A stretch of DNA of 41,660 bases from Candidatus Nanosyncoccus sp. (GTDB lineage Bacteria; Patescibacteriota; Saccharimonadia; Saccharimonadales; Saccharimonadaceae): the NCBI GenBank assembly GCA_045657985.1, contig JAZOUF010000029.1, positions 1-41,660 on the forward strand, given 5' to 3'. Positions within the stretch are counted from its first letter, which is position 1; every line of letters begins with the position of its first letter. Below the pieces are notes generated by a model. It did no database searches. It had not been told where the DNA came from and worked only from the letters and a program-made list of their open reading frames with translations. A program made the position numbers and the translations under genes. Of the stretch, positions 35,538 to 41,660 are shown piece by piece.

Positions 35538-38525
35538 ATGAAAAGGTTGCGGGAAGGGTTTACTTTGCTTGAGTTAACAATCTCAATGCTTTTTATTGGC
35601 CTACTTTCGATTTCCGTAGTTATAGTCATCAATAACGCCATCACCGCATATCAAAGAGGTGTCGTTCTTACTCGCATTGACAGTACCGGAAATTACATCG
35701 TTGATGATATACGCAATTCGATTCAAAATTCCAGCAGTCAAACTGAACTTGGTGAAAATATTTCCATCATTAAGACCGGCGATATTATAATCAACGGTGT
35801 CACCGAAAAAGATGTGCCACTCTATGGATTATTCTGCACGGGAGATTATACCTATGTCTGGAATAGTGGGTACTTCTTTTCTGACGATATCGCTTTCGCC
35901 GATCCAGAACAAATCACTAGATATGCCAAAATTAAATATAATGAAAATTATATCAACGAAGGCGAACCATTTAAGTTAATTAAAGTTAAAGACGACAGTC
36001 GTAGTATCTGCCAATCTGCCCTCGTTAACAACGAAGGAACAGTTGAAGTCGATACTGATCCACTAAACAATATTTTCACACTCGCAACATCAGAAGGCAC
36101 AAATTCAGACAGTGCAATTGGAGCTTCAGACATCCTGCCGACTGACGGCAATAACGATCTAGCCATTTATGACCTAGCCGTTGCTATTCCGGCCGTTAAT
36201 GCCAACGAAAATCTATCACTCTACAGTGTCTCATTCATACTAGGCACTACTACTGGCGGCGTTGATGTCACTGCAAACAATAACTTTTGCTCCACACCTG
36301 TTGGCGGCACCAACTATACTAATTCCTGCGCTATCAATGTATTCAGTTTTGTGGCCCAATCCGAAATAAAAAATCCCGAACAATTCGAAAACAAAATCGA
36401 TCCTACTAATCCATCAATCCCGCCCGCGCCAGTATTTACGTCACATAAAATTATTTATGAACCAAATTGCGCTACAACACAGTTACTTCCCTATGTAGAA
36501 ACCTTCACTATAACTACTACCATCATCGACAATCCATTCGACTGCCGATACCATAAGTTCAATGGCTGGAATACGCTAGCGAACGGTACAGGTGATACTT
36601 ACAACGTGAATACTACCATTGTTTCAGAAAACGATATAACATTATATGCTCAGTGGGAACAACTCCAAGCCAACATCATCTATCGTCCAAACGGTGGTGA
36701 ACCTAATAATGACATCGCTCATACGCCTGTGCCAAAACAAGGTACCAATGTGGCTTTATACAACAATCAAACATTTACGCGTGAATATTTTACACTAGCA
36801 AATTGGCGCGAAAGTGTTACCAAGCAGACTTACCAACCAGGCAGCAACTATTTTGTTATAGCTGACACTATCTTTGACGCAATGTGGACCCGTGATATTT
36901 ATAAAATTAATTATATTCGCGGATGTGGCTCCGCTGATACGGCCCATGATGAAGTTTACGCTGGCAATAACTACACTATAAAAAATAATCTCACAGCGCA
37001 AACTGGCAACCAATGGACATGCCCCGATAGTGACTTTGTAGGGTGGAGCACTACAAAAAATGGCACAGTAGATAGTAATTATGCTCCAGATACCACTATC
37101 AAACCAACTAAAGCCGGCGTTCTAACTTTATATGCCGTTTGGAGTGGTAAGACATATATATGTACTAAGCAATACCGTTTACAAAATGCCGACGGGACTT
37201 ATCCAGCCTACACAATTGAGCGTACGGAAACCATAGCACACGGCAACACCTGCTCATATACTAAGACAGTACCTGACTATAACAACGATGCAGCACTTTA
37301 CGCAACCGCCACCAATGTCACTAGCGACGTCACACTCTCACTTGATTTTCCACGTAATACTTACCAATTAAACGTTGTCGCCGGCGCCAACACTTCTAAT
37401 CCTACAGGCAGCGGCACTTATCGCTGGGGGCAAACGGTGCCAGTAGGAGTCACTAAAGCCGCAAACGTTACTTGTGCCGATTATAGTACACCTTCTTGGA
37501 AAGTCTCATCTGGTACTAGCGGTACTTTTGGCTCCACATCTGGTGCCAGCGTAAATTACGTTATGGGCAAAGGTAATTCCACCATTATAGCAAGTAGCTC
37601 ATCTACGGCCAAACAACAAACTATCACATTCAAGACAGTCAATGCTAACAATATTAACTTTAATGGTACTACTAAAACAAATAACCAAACCATGGATGTC
37701 AATTGTGGAACGTACAATATCAGTGGCACTTTTCCGACTAACTATCAGTTCAAAAACTGGTCCGCAAATGCGGGCAGTATTGCGAATACTTACAGCTTAA
37801 ATACTACATATACCGTTAATGGGCCGGCAACCATAACTCTCGCTGGTGAAAATACAGTATACTCAGTCACATATCTTCGCAATTGCGGTTCCAGTGACAC
37901 TACAAGCAAAGTTTATCAAGTCAACGCCGGTAACAGTCATACTGTGATCAGTAATCCATGGACCTGCTCTGGCTATACATTCAACGGTTGGTCACCAAAT
38001 TACACCCCCGGCTCCAATATCGCTGTGAATAATAACATTACCATCCAAGCCACCTGGAAGGCCAACACTCCGCCATCGCCCCCCGCCGCGTCATGCCCTT
38101 CCGGCTTCACGGAATGGACTGCTGGACTCTGTTGGCGCAACTATGATCAAAGCGGTTATTTTAACAACAGCGAGGCCAAAAAATCTTGTAGTAATAATGG
38201 TTGGCGTCTGCCGACAAGCAGCGAGTACACTAATCTTATCAAAAAATATTGCGTAGGAGCCTGGGATAATGGGACTGCCTATTGTACTGCCGCCAGTATC
38301 ACGGATAAAGGGTTTAGTTTTAACGGTAGCAAACTAATTTCTACTACCGGACAAGGCACTTATGGATTCTACTGGTCATCTAATGGTTCAACTATTATGT
38401 CCATAATCAATGATAGCGGTGCCGGAAAAACATCCGCCACCATTCAAAACGGCAGAGTTCAAGGAATAGACGCAAGCAACTCTCTAGTAAGAATCTCGGC
38501 GAGATGCGTCGTTAATAAAAACTAA
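35538..38525 (+). CDS. Giant type IV pilin-like adhesin: prepilin leader, InlB B-repeat/Flg_new-like repeats, C-terminal CLec (FISUMP-like) domain
   Basis: MKRLREG|FTLLEL class III leader with E5; repeated F.GW...LYA.W units; C-terminal C...WRLPT...YWSS...ARCV. Confidence 0.82.
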   Translation: MKRLREGFTLLELTISMLFIGLLSISVVIVINNAITAYQRGVVLTRIDSTGNYIVDDIRNSIQNSSSQTELGENISIIKTGDIIINGVTEKDVPLYGLFCTGDYTYVWNSGYFFSDDIAFADPEQITRYAKIKYNENYINEGEPFKLIKVKDDSRSICQSALVNNEGTVEVDTDPLNNIFTLATSEGTNSDSAIGASDILPTDGNNDLAIYDLAVAIPAVNANENLSLYSVSFILGTTTGGVDVTANNNFCSTPVGGTNYTNSCAINVFSFVAQSEIKNPEQFENKIDPTNPSIPPAPVFTSHKIIYEPNCATTQLLPYVETFTITTTIIDNPFDCRYHKFNGWNTLANGTGDTYNVNTTIVSENDITLYAQWEQLQANIIYRPNGGEPNNDIAHTPVPKQGTNVALYNNQTFTREYFTLANWRESVTKQTYQPGSNYFVIADTIFDAMWTRDIYKINYIRGCGSADTAHDEVYAGNNYTIKNNLTAQTGNQWTCPDSDFVGWSTTKNGTVDSNYAPDTTIKPTKAGVLTLYAVWSGKTYICTKQYRLQNADGTYPAYTIERTETIAHGNTCSYTKTVPDYNNDAALYATATNVTSDVTLSLDFPRNTYQLNVVAGANTSNPTGSGTYRWGQTVPVGVTKAANVTCADYSTPSWKVSSGTSGTFGSTSGASVNYVMGKGNSTIIASSSSTAKQQTITFKTVNANNINFNGTTKTNNQTMDVNCGTYNISGTFPTNYQFKNWSANAGSIANTYSLNTTYTVNGPATITLAGENTVYSVTYLRNCGSSDTTSKVYQVNAGNSHTVISNPWTCSGYTFNGWSPNYTPGSNIAVNNNITIQATWKANTPPSPPAASCPSGFTEWTAGLCWRNYDQSGYFNNSEAKKSCSNNGWRLPTSSEYTNLIKKYCVGAWDNGTAYCTAASITDKGFSFNGSKLISTTGQGTYGFYWSSNGSTIMSIINDSGAGKTSATIQNGRVQGIDASNSLVRISARCVVNKN

Positions 38526-38571
38526 AACTTATTCCGCCATTTATTAAACAACTTATGCTATAATATATACT

Positions 38572-40671
38572 ATGCGGGAAGGGTTTTTGAGAAAAGGTTT
38601 TACTCTACTTGAGCTAACTATTTCCATGCTTTTCGTCAGTCTCTTGTCAATTTCAGTAGTAGTCGTTATCAATAATGTCATATCTTCCTACCAAAGAGGC
38701 GTTGTGCTCAGTAGACTAGACAGCGTTGGAAATAGTATCGTTGATGACATGCGAAACGCAGTCCAAGATTCTCTCAATGCTACACGACTTGGTGAAAATA
38801 TCTCCATTACAAAGACAGCGACCACGATGAAAATCGACGGTAAAGACCAAAGCAACATTCCGATTTACGGCATTTTTTGCAGTGGCAGCTATACGTATTT
38901 TTGGAATAGCGGATACTTTTTCACAAATGATGCCGAGTTTAATGAAAAAAACGACGGTTGGGCCAAAATACAATTATCGGCAGATAATTATTATAATCCA
39001 AACAAAATAGTAAATCGTCCCGCTTTCCGTGTCGCAAAAGTCCAAGACCCTGAACGAAAAATCTGCATATCCACAATTGAAAAATATCCAGACTACAGCA
39101 ACGGCATAGACACAAATAAAATGGACGGCATATTTGATATAAGCACGTTGAGTAACCCAGTAGTTATCGACTTACTCCAAACCGACAACGATAATGACTT
39201 GGCCCTCTACGACTTAGCAGTCGATGTACCAGTTACCAATAATACCGAAAGCATTTCGCTTTATAACATCTCATTTGTCCTTGGCACCACCACTGGCGGA
39301 ATTGATATCGCCACAGACGGTAACGCCTGCGCTGCTCCAATTGGCAATGCGACCTGGAGCAATTCCTGTGCAGTTAGCCGTTTTAATTTTGCGGTTCAAT
39401 CTAACGCCACAGATATTGGCGCTGTCGAGCAAATATTTTATGGCGAAATTCCAGACGCCCCAGAAGTAACTCCACCACCAGTACATAAAATTACCTACAA
39501 AAGTAACTGCCCTAGTTCGCAACTTACTACAACGCTCAGGAACACCGGTTCCATCGCCAAAGCGTTATTTGCTTGTACTGATGCAGAATTTATTGAGTGG
39601 AACACAATGTCGAATAAAACGGGTATACCTTACCAACCAGGCGACTCCATAGACCCAGAAAAAGATCTCACTTTATATGCCATCTGGAAAGTTAATAATT
39701 ATTATACGATTACATATCATGGCAATGGCAACACTACCGAAGCTGGTGCATTACGCGATGATACTGCTCAGACTGCACCCATACTTGAGGGTACCAAGGT
39801 TAATCTAATCGGCAACCGATTGATAAATGTCAATGGCTCGCTAGAAAACTGGCCAGTCCGCCGCGGCTATGACCTCCTCGGTTGGAGTACTAATGCTAGT
39901 GACACTTCTGCCACCTTTTTACCAGGCTCCGAAATCACATTGGTCTCAGATCTAGAACTATACGCTGTTTGGGGGATCGAAGGCGATGGCCTAAACAATC
40001 AAACCGGAGAAGGTACATACAACACCGACCGATTCGTCAATGCACTTCTCGTATTTCCGAATTTCATCACTAGCCGCGATTTACTTTTAACGGGCAATCA
40101 CAACTCAACAGACACGGACATCCGCCGATACAAATCAGACACCGGCGAGGAATTTATAGATCGTTCTGGGCAAAAATATATCTGCGAGTCTTTCAACGCA
40201 CAAGGTTCCTGCGGCGACGCTGCCACTACAAGTTTTGCTACTATCTACTTGCTCAGACAGAATAGTCCATCCTCATCTATACTTTATATGACCATTAACG
40301 AGTCAAAACAAATTAATGATACTACTAAAAATGATTTTGCCTTCTATCTTTCAAATGTGCTAGATTTCGATACCGCTATCGCAAAAGCATGTGCCAGCAA
40401 TACTCAAATCATAAACGGCATATCTCATACCGGCGAGCCCGTAGGTTTCTGTTCATACCCATTACGCTATTATTTTCCGCGATTACCAGATACACTTATT
40501 GCTACAGAATATTTCCCTAGTGCCAGGAGAATATACGGCAGAGACGCGAAAATTGAAAGCACAACACCAAAGTACTGGATTATTGCCCGCCTTCGCTATA
40601 ACAGCGCCACTTACACCTTAACGTACGATCCAATCAATGTTTTCACGAGCACATCCCCGACTAATTACTAA
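38572..40671 (+). CDS. Second giant type IV pilin-like protein with B-repeat-like units and a distinct C-terminus
   Basis: RKG|FTLLEL leader; N-terminal ~300 aa paralogous to the upstream gene; FIEWNT...LYAIW and LLGWST...LYAVW repeats. Confidence 0.82.
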   Translation: MREGFLRKGFTLLELTISMLFVSLLSISVVVVINNVISSYQRGVVLSRLDSVGNSIVDDMRNAVQDSLNATRLGENISITKTATTMKIDGKDQSNIPIYGIFCSGSYTYFWNSGYFFTNDAEFNEKNDGWAKIQLSADNYYNPNKIVNRPAFRVAKVQDPERKICISTIEKYPDYSNGIDTNKMDGIFDISTLSNPVVIDLLQTDNDNDLALYDLAVDVPVTNNTESISLYNISFVLGTTTGGIDIATDGNACAAPIGNATWSNSCAVSRFNFAVQSNATDIGAVEQIFYGEIPDAPEVTPPPVHKITYKSNCPSSQLTTTLRNTGSIAKALFACTDAEFIEWNTMSNKTGIPYQPGDSIDPEKDLTLYAIWKVNNYYTITYHGNGNTTEAGALRDDTAQTAPILEGTKVNLIGNRLINVNGSLENWPVRRGYDLLGWSTNASDTSATFLPGSEITLVSDLELYAVWGIEGDGLNNQTGEGTYNTDRFVNALLVFPNFITSRDLLLTGNHNSTDTDIRRYKSDTGEEFIDRSGQKYICESFNAQGSCGDAATTSFATIYLLRQNSPSSSILYMTINESKQINDTTKNDFAFYLSNVLDFDTAIAKACASNTQIINGISHTGEPVGFCSYPLRYYFPRLPDTLIATEYFPSARRIYGRDAKIESTTPKYWIIARLRYNSATYTLTYDPINVFTSTSPTNY

Positions 40672-40760
40672 ACGCATCAATAATAATATATTTGGCGCAG
40701 CAAAGGTCAAGTCTGCATGTATCGCAGAAACACCCTATAATGTAAATGACGATAAACCAC

Positions 40761-40792
40761 AAAATAACTGGCCAAACTCGACCAGTTATTTT
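40761..40792. terminator. Bidirectional intrinsic terminator between convergent genes
   Basis: AAAATAACTGG-N10-CCAGTTATTTT. Confidence 0.7.
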
Positions 40793-40807
40793 ATATTAAC
40801 GCTCTTA

Positions 40808-41443
40808 TTATTCAGTTACCTCGGGAGAAGTAGCGTCTTCGCTAGGTTGAGTTTCTGTCTGATTAGTCTCATTTTCAGAAAGTTTGCGATACTCCTCGGC
40901 CTTCGCAGTGTCGCCCATACTTTCGTAAATCGCAGAAAATACACTATAGTAACGTTCAAGCTGGCTGTCCGATAATGAATTAGCACTAACCTTGCTCAAA
41001 GTCTCAATGGCCTTCTCGTAGTTCTCCGTTGCATTATAATACACCGCAATCGATACATACGCATCAAATCTTTCCGCATCAGTACTATCGGCTGCATTGA
41101 TAATACGCTGCTGGAATTTCACATAAGCTTCACCAGAATTATCTTTGCTAGGATCGCTCCCAAAAAGAGGACGTTCACCAGTTTCGGGATCACGCTTGAT
41201 GGAATATTCATCTTCACCATTTTGTTCTGACGATTGACCATTGATGCCAAGCGCAATGAGCCCCGCAGCAAGACCAATCACAGCTACACCTGCTAATATA
41301 CCAAATACAAGCGGCTTATTGGCTTTACGATGGGATTTTACCCTACCTTCATGTTCGTTATGCTTATCACCTTCCTTCACCTCAGGCATCGAGGCGGAAA
41401 TAATTGGTGAATCATCTTTTTGTGAATTATTACTATCTTGCAT
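40808..41443 (-). CDS. Single-pass membrane protein with helical (TPR-like) C-terminus, paralog B
   Basis: GAAAGGA RBS before ATG 41443; shares DPETGERPLFGSDPSKDNSG with paralog A. Confidence 0.8.
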   Translation of the reverse strand: MQDSNNSQKDDSPIISASMPEVKEGDKHNEHEGRVKSHRKANKPLVFGILAGVAVIGLAAGLIALGINGQSSEQNGEDEYSIKRDPETGERPLFGSDPSKDNSGEAYVKFQQRIINAADSTDAERFDAYVSIAVYYNATENYEKAIETLSKVSANSLSDSQLERYYSVFSAIYESMGDTAKAEEYRKLSENETNQTETQPSEDATSPEVTE

Positions 41444-41522
41444 TATAATCCTTTCGCTTAGTTTAATATTAACATAGTTTATTTTATTATTCAACCTTAT
41501 CGTGCTAACCACGACGGAGACT

Positions 41523-41660
41523 CTAACTGCCGTACCACACGCATCTTATTGGCAAACCATCATACTTAAACATTCCATCATTACTATCCCCAACAGAGCC
41601 AGCGTCAAAGCGCATATTATAGGCATAGTAATGATTATTCACAGATTTTGTCCAATAATA
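41523..41660 (-). CDS. C-terminal end of a CLec/FISUMP-like domain protein (enters from the right edge; absent from the ORF track)
   Basis: Manual translation: YYWTKSVNNHYYAYNMRFDAGSVGDSNDGMFKYDGLPIRCVWYGS*; YW...AY...G..IRCV signature. Confidence 0.75.
   Translation of the reverse strand, partial: YYWTKSVNNHYYAYNMRFDAGSVGDSNDGMFKYDGLPIRCVWYGS

Noticed and set aside
1-41660. CRISPR arrays, tRNA/rRNA genes, transposases, prophage genes, stop-codon recoding, and the many short antisense ORFs
   Set aside because: None recognised by eye. TGA terminates genes normally (for example pgsA and glgP), and the short ORFs overlap well-supported genes.

Overview
A 41.7 kb bacterial chromosome segment read in genetic code 11. 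Gene content, the extended rplA/secE N-termini and the surface-protein families suggest Saccharibacteria (TM7, CPR); this assignment is an inference. It carries ung/tdk/tmk, a heterodimeric ABC exporter, queA-tgt, cysS, a phospholipid cluster (cdsA-HAD-pgsA with a divergent acyl-CoA ligase), dnaX-dnaB-GT-ybaB-recR, a SufS-like gene, secE-nusG-rplK-rplA-rplJL with L1 and L10 leaders, a glucan phosphorylase, a divergent membrane pyrophosphatase and an adhesin locus with two giant type IV pilin-like proteins. The main unexplained signal is a family of ~80 nt rod-shaped hairpin elements (GACGGGTGAC...GGCAGGACCCGTC). Three copies sit in frame and in sense orientation inside three unrelated genes: queA, tgt and a surface protein missed by the ORF track. 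The copies show compensatory base-pair changes and are read in two different frames. Secondary signals are TGnTATAAT-N6/7-ATG leaderless-type promoters in front of about a dozen genes, including a 22 bp palindromic bidirectional one, and a switch-like structured 5' leader at 400-616.
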